Program-made: the position numbers and the translations under genes
The notes under the pieces: generated by a model
Told to the model about the DNA's origin: nothing
The model's input: only the letters and a program-made list of their open reading frames with translations
The model's database searches: none
Assembly (NCBI GenBank): GCA_017462615.1
Contig: JAFTQT010000078.1
Coordinates: 1-46,621, forward strand
Length of the DNA: 46,621 nt
Direction of reading: 5' to 3'
Source of the DNA: Clostridia bacterium
GTDB lineage: Bacteria > Bacillota > Clostridia > Oscillospirales > CAG-272
In this document: positions 38,697 through 46,621 of the stretch, in pieces
Layout of the letters: every line of letters starts with the position of its first letter
Numbering within the stretch: the first letter of the stretch is position 1

Positions 38697-40079
38697 ATGA
38701 CAAATCAAGAAATACAGCGCCTGTTGGAGGCGCAGCGCGCTTATTACAGAGCCGGTACGACATTGCCCGTCAGCTTTCGGGTGGCACAGCTGAAAAAGCT
38801 GTACGCAGCAATCGAAAAATATCAGGAAGAAATCAGCGCAGCGCTGAAAGAAGACCTTGGAAAAAGCCGCTTTGAAGGCTTTATGTGCGAATCGGGCATG
38901 GCGTTGTCCGAGATCTCCTATATGATCGGGCACGTGAGGAAATGGGCGCGAAAAAAGCGGGTGTCAACACCCCTTGCCCAGTTTCCTGCCCGAAGCTACA
39001 GGCAGCCCGTGCCCTATGGCAACGTGCTGATCATGAGCCCGTGGAATTACCCACTCCTTTTGACCTTCGACCCGCTGGCCAATGCCATTGCCGCGGGTAA
39101 TACGGCTATTGTAAAGCCCAGCGCCTATGCGCCTGCCACCGGTCGGGTGGTTGAAAAAATCATCAAGGAATGCTTTACGCCCGAATACGTGGCGGTGGTC
39201 ACGGGTGGGCGCGCCGAGAACGCAGCACTGCTTGACCAGAAATTTGATTTCGTATTTTTCACAGGTAGCCAGGCGGTAGGAAAGGAAGTGCTGCGGCATA
39301 CGGCGGAGCATCTGACCCCCGTAGTTCTGGAGCTGGGGGGCAAGAGCCCCTGCATCGTGGATGCCAGTGCCAATATCCAATTAGCCGCCAAACGGGTCGT
39401 ATTTGGCAAGTATCTCAACTGCGGCCAGACCTGCGTGGCACCCGATTATGTTCTCTGCGAGGGCTCGGTGAAGGAGGCCTTTGTGGCGGCCGTGAGGGAG
39501 GCGATCAGAAGGCAGTACGGAGAGGCGCCGCTGGCCAATGCGGATTACGGCAAGATCATCAACCAAAAGCACTTTGCCCGCCTTTGCGGCCTTATCGATG
39601 CGAAAAAGGTGGTGGCAGGCGGTGAGGTCGACGCCGATACCTGCAGGATCGCGCCCACGGTGATGGATAACGTGACCTTCGAGGATGCGGTGATGGGGGA
39701 GGAGATCTTCGGCCCCGTTCTGCCCGTTTTGACCTTTGAGAATTTCGATGCGGTAGTGGACGTGCTCAAGACGAGAGACAAGCCCCTGGCGCTCTATCTT
39801 TTTACCGAAAACAAAAAGCGCGTCAGGCGCGTCACCACTGAGTTATCCTATGGCGGCGGCTGTATCAACGACGTGATCATTCACCTGGCCACCAGCGCCA
39901 TGGGCTTTGGCGGCGTTGGCGAAAGCGGCATGGGCAGCTACCACGGCAAGGCAGGCTTTGACGCCTTCACCCACTATAAATCTATTGTGGATAAAAAAAC
40001 CTGGCTGGATCTGCCTATGCGCTATCAGCCCTACAGGAGCAAATTTTATGAGAAGTTGTTGCATATTTTCTTGCGATAA
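38697..40079 (+). CDS. NAD(P)-dependent aldehyde dehydrogenase (ALDH3/YwdH-like)
   Basis: SPWNYP, FTGS, LELGGKSP, GQTCVAPDY, EEIFGP, FGGVGESGMGSYHG. RBS GGAGGT before ATG 38697. Confidence 0.93.
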   Translation: MTNQEIQRLLEAQRAYYRAGTTLPVSFRVAQLKKLYAAIEKYQEEISAALKEDLGKSRFEGFMCESGMALSEISYMIGHVRKWARKKRVSTPLAQFPARSYRQPVPYGNVLIMSPWNYPLLLTFDPLANAIAAGNTAIVKPSAYAPATGRVVEKIIKECFTPEYVAVVTGGRAENAALLDQKFDFVFFTGSQAVGKEVLRHTAEHLTPVVLELGGKSPCIVDASANIQLAAKRVVFGKYLNCGQTCVAPDYVLCEGSVKEAFVAAVREAIRRQYGEAPLANADYGKIINQKHFARLCGLIDAKKVVAGGEVDADTCRIAPTVMDNVTFEDAVMGEEIFGPVLPVLTFENFDAVVDVLKTRDKPLALYLFTENKKRVRRVTTELSYGGGCINDVIIHLATSAMGFGGVGESGMGSYHGKAGFDAFTHYKSIVDKKTWLDLPMRYQPYRSKFYEKLLHIFLR

Positions 40080-40173
40080 GTGATGGGAATACGAGGAAAA
40101 ACTTGCGGTGCTGATTGTGGGGATTAAGGCGGAGAAGGAAAGAGGAACGCAGGCAGCGAGTGCGTAACGAAAG

Positions 40174-40388
40174 AGGGGCTGCGTCATTTGATGCAGAAGG
40201 CGTGATCCCGGCACGATAGGCGTATTCCATACGTTGAATGCGAGAGCGCACCTAAAAAACGCGCATTAAAATCGAAATTCGTAAGGATTTCTACCTTAAA
40301 AACCGCTTTGCCATCGTTTGGGATAGCAAAGCGGCTTTTGTTATGGACATTTCGTGTGCTTTTGTTCTGCGTGAATGAAGCAGCCCCT
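40174..40388. mobile_element. Putative MITE / IS remnant with imperfect terminal inverted repeats of about 25 bp
   Basis: aggggctgcgtcatttgatgcagaa (40174-40198) versus ttctgcgtgaatgaagcagcccct (40365-40388). Internal hairpin ccgctttgc..gcaaagcgg; no transposase ORF. Confidence 0.45.
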
Positions 40389-40440
40389 TGACGCTTTTGT
40401 AAATAAAATAAGCAGCGTATGGGCCGCGAGACATAAAATA

Positions 40441-40692
40441 TTACGACGTTGAAGTCATAGCAAGCATTTCGCATGCCATAATATTACATAATTCTGCGTC
40501 AAGTGAATCATTGAACATTTGGAGAAATATCGCGTGGATGATCTCTGCAATCTCTTGATTTGTCATATCATTGCGTATGCGAGAAAAAATCATCTCGATT
40601 TCGGGATCGTATTCGTCATCGGGGCAACCGGCCCTTAAAAGCCACTCGGGATCGTGCTTATCTACAACGGCTTTGATGATGTCTTTAGTCAT
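40441..40692 (-). CDS. Small DUF1871/YugE-like protein
   Basis: DP..L....PDDEYDPEI motif, helical 83-aa protein, RBS AAGGAG. Confidence 0.7.
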   Translation of the reverse strand: MTKDIIKAVVDKHDPEWLLRAGCPDDEYDPEIEMIFSRIRNDMTNQEIAEIIHAIFLQMFNDSLDAELCNIMACEMLAMTSTS

Positions 40693-40843
40693 GCTTTGGG
40701 TCTCCTTAAAATGTGTGTTAGGTGAATGTCTTCATGTCTTGTTAGTTGCCGTATCTTTTCATTTCTTATTGAATGTCTTGGCTTTCGAAAAAGATTTGTC
40801 ATTAACAAAGGATAAAACGGCTTGGATTTTCACCCAAACCGAC

Positions 40844-43429
40844 TCAAGCCTTGCTTTCCGAAAGCTTGCGGACGAATTCGGTGATCTCGTTACCGATGCG
40901 CGTCAGCTCCTCCAGGAATTCCTTGGCGGTCATGCGGGAGATGCCCTCGTGGACTGCGGAGAATTGCAGAAGCTTGTCGTTTGTCACCGTGCGAATGCTG
41001 TAATCGGGGCCAAGCTCATGCATCATGCGCTCGATATACGCATCAGCAGTCTGATCGGCCTTGGTATATACGATTTTATAGCCGTCGTGCTTAAGCTCCG
41101 AGCCCTCGCCATCCTTCACGAGATATGCGTCAAACACCAGCACCAGCTCTGTCTTGGTATAGGAAACGTAGCTGCTGAGCAGATCCATCAGCTCCTCTCT
41201 GGCCTTTTCCAGACTGAACTGAGCGGTCTCCTTCAAGTGATCGTCGGTATAGATCAGGTTGTAGCCGTCAACGATCACCATGTTTCTCTTCGGGCGTGCC
41301 GTCTTTTGCTTGTGGGGCTTTCCTTGCCCGTCTCCGGAGATCACCTTGGGGTCGCTATATTGCTTGCGCTTGATGGGGCCGAATAGGCGGAGCATGATGG
41401 TCTCCAGCTCCTCGTCGCTGATGTGATAGTTTCGCGCCAGGGTGGTTGCCTTCGGCATGATGGTCGCGCTTGCGGAGGCATCCTTGAGGTCGACCTCCAG
41501 ATGCTTGTAGCTGTCAACCTCGCTCCAATGCACGGTAAAGCCTGCGCCGTGGGCGCAAAATACGGAATGGGGCGGGTTGTCAAGGTCGCCCTCGGGATCG
41601 TATCCCGTTTGGGCGACGATGTCCTCCTGATCGTGACAGGGCTCGTATCCATCCGAGGTGCAAAAGAGCCGCCCCTCGCCTCGGGTATATGCAATGACCT
41701 CCTTGGTGTAATCAAACAGCGTAGATACCGGTGCTCTGCCGCATATGGCGGTGCGCTCCGTGTCCGAGCCCTCCAGCTCGAAATCCGCGAAGCGCGCCTG
41801 CAGGTCGGACATGGCTCTCCCCACCGAGGCGGTTGGGATCTCCAGTCTGAAGTGGTAGTAGGGCTCCAGCAGCGTGCATCCCGCCTTCATCAGCCCGTGC
41901 CGTACCGCCCGGTAGGTGGCCTCACGGAAGTCGCCGCCCTCGGTGTGCTTCAAATGCGCCTTGCCCGCTACCAGCGTGATCTTGGTATCCGTCAGCAGAG
42001 CGCCCGTCAGCGTGCCGCGATGGTCCTTTTCGTACAGATGCGTGAGGATCAGCCTTTGCCAATTCAGATCCAGGGTGTTTTCGGGCAGACGTACGTCAAA
42101 GATCACTCCCGTGCCCTTGGGCTGCGGCTCGATCAGCAGCTGTACCTCTGCATAATGGCGCAGCGGCTCAAAGTGCCCGACGCCGATCGCCCTTCCCGCC
42201 GCCTTTTCTTTATAGAGTATTTTTCCTGCGCCAAGGGTGCAATCAATGGAGAATCTATCGTGGATCAGCCGTTTGATCAGCTCGGTCTGTACCTCACCCA
42301 TGAGTCGTGCCTCAATTTGCGAAAGCTCCTCGTTCCACATCAGATGGAGGGAGGGCTCTTCCTCCTCCAGCTCCTTCAGCTTCGGGAAGTAGACCCGCGT
42401 ATCGCATTCGGGAGGTAGATGAATGGCATAGGAGAGCACGGGCTCCAGCAGCGGCTTTTGCGTGTCCTGCTCAAGGCCGAGGCCCTGGCCGACGTAAGAG
42501 GCGGAAAGGCCGATCACCGCGCAGATCTCTCCGGCAGCAGCCGTATCGATCTGCTCAAATTTATCACCGGAGTAGAGCCTGATCTGGCTGATCTTTTCCG
42601 TGATGCGCGTCCCCTCCGGAGAAAGGTAGCTGATCTCATCCCGCGCGGATAAGGTGCCACCGGTGATCTTCATATAGGTCAGTCGCGACGTTCCTGTGCG
42701 CGATATTTTATAGACCCTTGCGCCAAAGCCCTCCTGGTCATAGATGGGGGAGAGGGTATATTTGTCCAGCGTATCCAGTAAATACTCTATGCCTTGCATC
42801 CGCAGGGCGGAGCCAAAGAGGCAAGGGAACAGCTTGCGGTGGCTGATCAGATCAGCGATATCGCCGTCGTCAACGCCCTCACCCGCAAGAAAGCTGTCCA
42901 TAAAATCCTCGTGCACAAAGGCGAGCTTTTCCTCCAGCTCCTCGCGCTGCTCCGCCTCCAAAAAGCCGACGCACAACGGGGACAGAACGGCCGCAAGCTC
43001 TTTTCCGAGCTCCTCCTTCCGTTTGATGGAGAGGTCGCATTTATTCACAAAAAGAAAGGTCGGCACGCCGTAATGCTCCAGCAGCTGCCAAAGCGTTCGC
43101 GTATGATTCTGTATTCCCTCCGAGGCGCTGATTACAAGCACGGCGTAGTCAAGAAGCGCCAGCGTGCGTTCGGTCTCTGCGGAAAAATCCACGTGGCCGG
43201 GCGTATCCAGGAGGATGAAGTCGCAATTCTCACTTGAAAATCTGGCCTGCTTGGAAAAAATGGTGATGCCGCGCTCACGTTCGATAGCATTGGTGTCAAG
43301 ATAGGTGTTTTTATGATCTACCCGCCCCAGGGTGCGGATCCTGCCCGAAACGTAGAGCAGCGCCTCGCTGAGGGTGGTTTTGCCCGCATCCACGTGAGCG
43401 AGAATACCAATGGTTATTTTCTTTTTCAA
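40844..43429 (-). CDS. TetM/EF-G-like translational GTPase fused to a C-terminal NYN (YacP/Rae1-like) RNase domain
   Basis: GILAHVDAGKTT, RGITI, DTPGH, NKCD, LLEPY. C-terminal IVDGYN, VFDA, TADAYIE, VTND motifs. TTG start with RBS AAGGAGG. Confidence 0.9.
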   Translation of the reverse strand: MKKKITIGILAHVDAGKTTLSEALLYVSGRIRTLGRVDHKNTYLDTNAIERERGITIFSKQARFSSENCDFILLDTPGHVDFSAETERTLALLDYAVLVISASEGIQNHTRTLWQLLEHYGVPTFLFVNKCDLSIKRKEELGKELAAVLSPLCVGFLEAEQREELEEKLAFVHEDFMDSFLAGEGVDDGDIADLISHRKLFPCLFGSALRMQGIEYLLDTLDKYTLSPIYDQEGFGARVYKISRTGTSRLTYMKITGGTLSARDEISYLSPEGTRITEKISQIRLYSGDKFEQIDTAAAGEICAVIGLSASYVGQGLGLEQDTQKPLLEPVLSYAIHLPPECDTRVYFPKLKELEEEEPSLHLMWNEELSQIEARLMGEVQTELIKRLIHDRFSIDCTLGAGKILYKEKAAGRAIGVGHFEPLRHYAEVQLLIEPQPKGTGVIFDVRLPENTLDLNWQRLILTHLYEKDHRGTLTGALLTDTKITLVAGKAHLKHTEGGDFREATYRAVRHGLMKAGCTLLEPYYHFRLEIPTASVGRAMSDLQARFADFELEGSDTERTAICGRAPVSTLFDYTKEVIAYTRGEGRLFCTSDGYEPCHDQEDIVAQTGYDPEGDLDNPPHSVFCAHGAGFTVHWSEVDSYKHLEVDLKDASASATIMPKATTLARNYHISDEELETIMLRLFGPIKRKQYSDPKVISGDGQGKPHKQKTARPKRNMVIVDGYNLIYTDDHLKETAQFSLEKAREELMDLLSSYVSYTKTELVLVFDAYLVKDGEGSELKHDGYKIVYTKADQTADAYIERMMHELGPDYSIRTVTNDKLLQFSAVHEGISRMTAKEFLEELTRIGNEITEFVRKLSESKA

Positions 43430-43462
43430 AGCGCGCCCTCCTTTCCATCAAAGCCTTTGATG

Positions 43463-43491
43463 ATTATATCACATTTCCGGCGGTTTTTCAA
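43463..43491 (-). promoter_or_regulatory. Sigma-A promoter of the GTPase-NYN gene
   Basis: Minus strand TTGAAA, 17 nt, TGaTATAAT. Confidence 0.75.
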
Positions 43492-43643
43492 TATCGTATC
43501 GGATATATCTTCGAATATGTCTTCCGCCTCGGAGCGCGACTCGCGATGGAGGTACAATCGGACGCAACCGAATAATGAGTCAGGCATCGGTGAAATTACC
43601 GATGCCCAAATTACATAAATATCGTGGAAAGCCGCAAATATAG

Positions 43644-43672
43644 TTGAAATATTCATAATAGTATGATATAAT
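43644..43672 (+). promoter_or_regulatory. Sigma-A promoter upstream of the ECF sigma leader
   Basis: TTGAAA (43644-43649), 17 nt, TGaTATAAT. Confidence 0.7.
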
Positions 43673-43732
43673 TATTTTATAAAAATACGTTCCACATAAG
43701 GTTGTGGGAAATTAATCTATCTAAGAACGACG

Positions 43733-43777
43733 ATGCGCCCATAGCTTTGGATAAGTTATGGGCGCATTTCGTTTATT
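43733..43777 (+). terminator. Terminator-like hairpin in the ECF sigma leader
   Basis: atgcgcccatagctt-tggat-aagttatgggcgcat followed by ttcgtttatt. Confidence 0.55.
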
Positions 43778-43868
43778 CAAGAAAGTATCAAAAATATTTG
43801 GAAAATTATGTGACATTCTTTTTCAAAACCGTAGTATATAGGTGAGGCACACAAAGGAAGGTGATGAT

Positions 43869-44426
43869 ATGGACGATAGTAAGATAATTGAATTGTTCTA
43901 CGAGCGCTCGGAACAAGCAATCGTTGAGCTATCGAAAAAGTATGGAGATACTTGTCATAAAATCGCCGTCAATATTCTGAAAAACGATCCCGATGCCGAG
44001 GAATGTGTCAACGATACCTACTTAGGGGCTTGGAACTCTATACCGCCTCAAAATCCTAATCCTCTACTTACCTATATTTGTCGCATTGTTCGGAACATAT
44101 CTATCAAGCGTTATCATCAAAACACCGCAAAGAAGCGAAACAGCTACTACGACGTGGCTCTTGACGAGCTTGAAAACTGTTTGCCCTCTGCCACAAACGT
44201 GCAGGACGAGGTTAACGCCAAAGAGCTTACCGAGTTATTCGATGATTTCCTTGACGGCTTGGATAAAACCAATCGCATTATGTTCGTAAGGCGTTATTGG
44301 TTTTCAGATTCCATTTCAGATATTGCGGCAATGTTCAAAATGAACAACCACGCTGTAACTGTCCGTCTTTCTCGCACAAGAGAAAAGCTCAGGCAGTACC
44401 TAATTGAAAAAGGAGTCACAATATGA
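43869..44426 (+). CDS. ECF RNA polymerase sigma factor
   Basis: DAEECVNDTYL (region 2), MFVRRYW...ISDIA......V.VRLSR.R.KL (region 4). Start MDDSKII with RBS AAGGTGA. Confidence 0.92.
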   Translation: MDDSKIIELFYERSEQAIVELSKKYGDTCHKIAVNILKNDPDAEECVNDTYLGAWNSIPPQNPNPLLTYICRIVRNISIKRYHQNTAKKRNSYYDVALDELENCLPSATNVQDEVNAKELTELFDDFLDGLDKTNRIMFVRRYWFSDSISDIAAMFKMNNHAVTVRLSRTREKLRQYLIEKGVTI

Positions 44427-45667
44427 AAAGAGAAAAAATTTCTGAAGCTATGGGAAATATTAGTTCCCGACACATCAAAGAAGCGGCAGAGTTTAAGGCA
44501 GACGAAAAACCTCACCGAAACAAGAACGCTTGGATGAAGTGGGTGTCAATTGCTGCTTGCTTTTGCTTGATAATTACGGGCGTATTTGCTGCCTTTCAAA
44601 TGGGATTGTTTGATAACAACGAGTTGGGTGATTATGATCCCGAAATTATACCCGGTAATGACGGTAACACAAATCCCGATATTGACGACAATGAATATAA
44701 CAACATATTCAGTATCGCCAATGGTTCGCTTTACTTGGAAATCTATGATGCTTATACAATCCCAAATGAAGCAGACGTCATTACGATTTATCTGAGTGAA
44801 TGTAAAGGAAATAACGAAGTATTCTTCCGTTCATCGAATAAAATTGCTGATCAAGTTATCCGACGTATCGAATCCACGGACGGCAAGCAAGTAGCAACTA
44901 ATAATAACGGTATATTTACACTCGATTTATTTGAAGATCAAGATTTTGTTGCACTTAACCTATACTTTGATGCCGGAACGTTCCAAAAAAGTGTAGAAAT
45001 TAACGGCGGCACGGGTGGAAACGAGAATGTTGACTACGATCCTAACGCCCCCGTAGATGAAGATGTATATGATGACCACGCTTCCTCTACTACTGCAATC
45101 CCTGCAACCGTATATTTTGAATGTTCTGCAATACTTCCCGATCGTGGATACGATGAAATACACTTCTCTCGTGTTTTGTCTGCGATTTCCAATGAGCCTA
45201 AAGTGAACATTTTTGGAACTACCGACAACCTCGAAGAAGCTATAAACGCAGTAGGATTGCAAGCACTAATTTTGTTTGAAGAATATACCCCCACAAACAT
45301 TAGCTATAAAAAAACAAACGAAAATGCACTTGTGACATATCAATATGGCGCAAACGCTACCGTTACTGTGCGCATCTATGAGTATTACAACATTGACTAT
45401 ACGCTTGAAACCTTTGTGTATTCAACCAATGTAATTGATTATGATCTGTACCCATGGGCTACCGAAACAGCAAGAGAAAAAGACGGACTTCCGTACAGCC
45501 TCCACGTTTGCTACAAGAATGATGATGAGTGGAAATCCGAAATAGCCGTGCTCAATTACACAGGAGATGGTAACAACATCTTTTTCGTGGTTCAATTCGA
45601 TCTTTCGGGTGAAAACATAGAGCAAGATGTTAAGCTCCTTTTGGAACAGATGACATTCGTTAAATAA
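44423..45667 (+). CDS. Putative anti-sigma factor (single TM, large extracytoplasmic domain)
   Basis: ATGA overlap with the sigma gene. N-terminal 'ISEAMGNISSRHIKEAA' segment, TM helix WVSIAACFCLIITGVF, acidic C-terminal region. Confidence 0.75.
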   Translation: MKREKISEAMGNISSRHIKEAAEFKADEKPHRNKNAWMKWVSIAACFCLIITGVFAAFQMGLFDNNELGDYDPEIIPGNDGNTNPDIDDNEYNNIFSIANGSLYLEIYDAYTIPNEADVITIYLSECKGNNEVFFRSSNKIADQVIRRIESTDGKQVATNNNGIFTLDLFEDQDFVALNLYFDAGTFQKSVEINGGTGGNENVDYDPNAPVDEDVYDDHASSTTAIPATVYFECSAILPDRGYDEIHFSRVLSAISNEPKVNIFGTTDNLEEAINAVGLQALILFEEYTPTNISYKKTNENALVTYQYGANATVTVRIYEYYNIDYTLETFVYSTNVIDYDLYPWATETAREKDGLPYSLHVCYKNDDEWKSEIAVLNYTGDGNNIFFVVQFDLSGENIEQDVKLLLEQMTFVK

Positions 45668-45690
45668 TAAAAAAGAACAGGAGGTTGTTT

Positions 45691-46314
45691 ATGAGAAAAA
45701 TTGTATTAAGAATTGTATCGGCAATATGTATGGTGTTGCTCTGTTTTTCTATGGCTTCCTGTTCTTCGTACAAAGTTGAGGAAGGATATTATTATTTTAG
45801 CAGAGTGCCCTCAATGTTTCTTGGAATAAGAACCAATCAAACAGAATATCCGTTAGATGATGTTTCTTTAGAAATCGCTTATGGATGGGCAGAAGGATAC
45901 CTTGATGAAACAGGACACGAGGGATATGAACCTTACTCTGTATTGATAGTTGCTTACGATTGGACTTTGAACGGAGAGTTGCCATATCGCGAGCCTACCG
46001 AAAATTATGATGCTTATTTTTCTACGGATAGCCTCTGCGTATTAAAAGAGATTAAAGAAGATTTTTCTAACGACAAATACGTAGTGACAACAAGCGGTTC
46101 TTTGGGAGCAAAGGTTGAGTATAACACAAAGGAAACTTTCCGCATACCCGAAGAACTCTTTGAGAATTTAACAAGCAGCCGAAGCTCGATTTACTTTGAG
46201 ATTGTTTTGATAGGCTACTCCGAAAGCGATAACACCTATTTAGCTACTTATACTGACGAAATAACAATTAATTTTGAGGTTGACGATAACAATACTGTTA
46301 AAATTATAGATTAG
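45691..46314 (+). CDS. Lipoprotein of unknown function
   Basis: RBS GGAGGT, MRKIVLR signal with lipobox MASC. Confidence 0.8.
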   Translation: MRKIVLRIVSAICMVLLCFSMASCSSYKVEEGYYYFSRVPSMFLGIRTNQTEYPLDDVSLEIAYGWAEGYLDETGHEGYEPYSVLIVAYDWTLNGELPYREPTENYDAYFSTDSLCVLKEIKEDFSNDKYVVTTSGSLGAKVEYNTKETFRIPEELFENLTSSRSSIYFEIVLIGYSESDNTYLATYTDEITINFEVDDNNTVKIID

Positions 46315-46326
46315 GAGGTTAACACA

Positions 46327-46621
46327 ATGAAGAAAATAATAGCTTTCACTTTAGCCGTGGTAGCACTTCTGTGTTGCCTTGTCGGATGCAACCAAGATGA
46401 TATTGACGATTTTAGCCAACCGCTATCCAACCTTGAATTCTGGATAGCTGAAAATGTTGATGATGTGGATTTTTCAAAATATCAAATCAAATATGGTATG
46501 ATGGGTGGAACTGAATATTACGGAACGGGATATGTACCTACAATAGATGAAAACGGTCAGCAAGTTGATCCCGAACATTGCGTTCTCTTTACGGTTACTT
46601 CCTATCCCGATTATTCGAGCA
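46327..46621 (+). CDS. Lipoprotein, 3'-truncated by the window (not in the ORF track)
   Basis: RBS AGGAGG, MKKIIAFTLAVVALLCCLVGCNQDD... with lipobox LVGC; the frame is open to the window end. Confidence 0.8.
   Translation, partial: MKKIIAFTLAVVALLCCLVGCNQDDIDDFSQPLSNLEFWIAENVDDVDFSKYQIKYGMMGGTEYYGTGYVPTIDENGQQVDPEHCVLFTVTSYPDYSS

Noticed and set aside
40844-43429. Tetracycline resistance gene (tetM/tetO/tetW)
   Set aside because: Lacks the YSPVST loop, carries an extra NYN domain and has no mobile-element context, so no symbol was assigned.
43426-43656. 76-aa minus-strand ORF upstream of the GTPase
   Set aside because: It runs through the GTPase promoter, has no RBS and no recognisable motif.

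Overview
Chromosomal window from a moderately GC-rich Clostridia-type Firmicute, inferred from sigma-A promoters, GGAGG ribosome-binding sites and gene content. From left to right it contains: the 3' part of a very large beta-helix-type surface protein followed by a 42-aa YxxP-motif peptide missing from the ORF track; a REP-like repeat cluster; a compact putative type I toxin-antitoxin locus (29-aa hydrophobic peptide plus convergent sRNA); a DUF512-der-obg-ppa operon on the minus strand; two tandem paralogous lipoproteins; and a complete 11-gene branched-chain amino acid operon (ilvB-ilvN-ilvC-ilvD-leuA-leuC-leuD-leuB-ilvE-ilvA-ridA). That operon is preceded by an Ile/Leu/Val-rich leader peptide and terminator rather than a T-box, and one base at the leuD/leuB junction removes both the leuD stop and the leuB start. 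The right half holds a lipoprotein, an XRE regulator plus membrane protein with twin palindromic operators, two ceramidase-like hydrolases plus a DUF4838-like protein, a GT2/YwaF/flippase/degenerate DegT operon, an aldehyde dehydrogenase, a MITE-like element, a TetM/EF-G-like GTPase fused to a YacP/Rae1 NYN nuclease domain, and an AT-richer ECF sigma/anti-sigma/lipoprotein block that runs off the right edge. I saw no rRNA, tRNA, CRISPR array or transposase. Family assignments come from reading motifs by eye, not from database searches.
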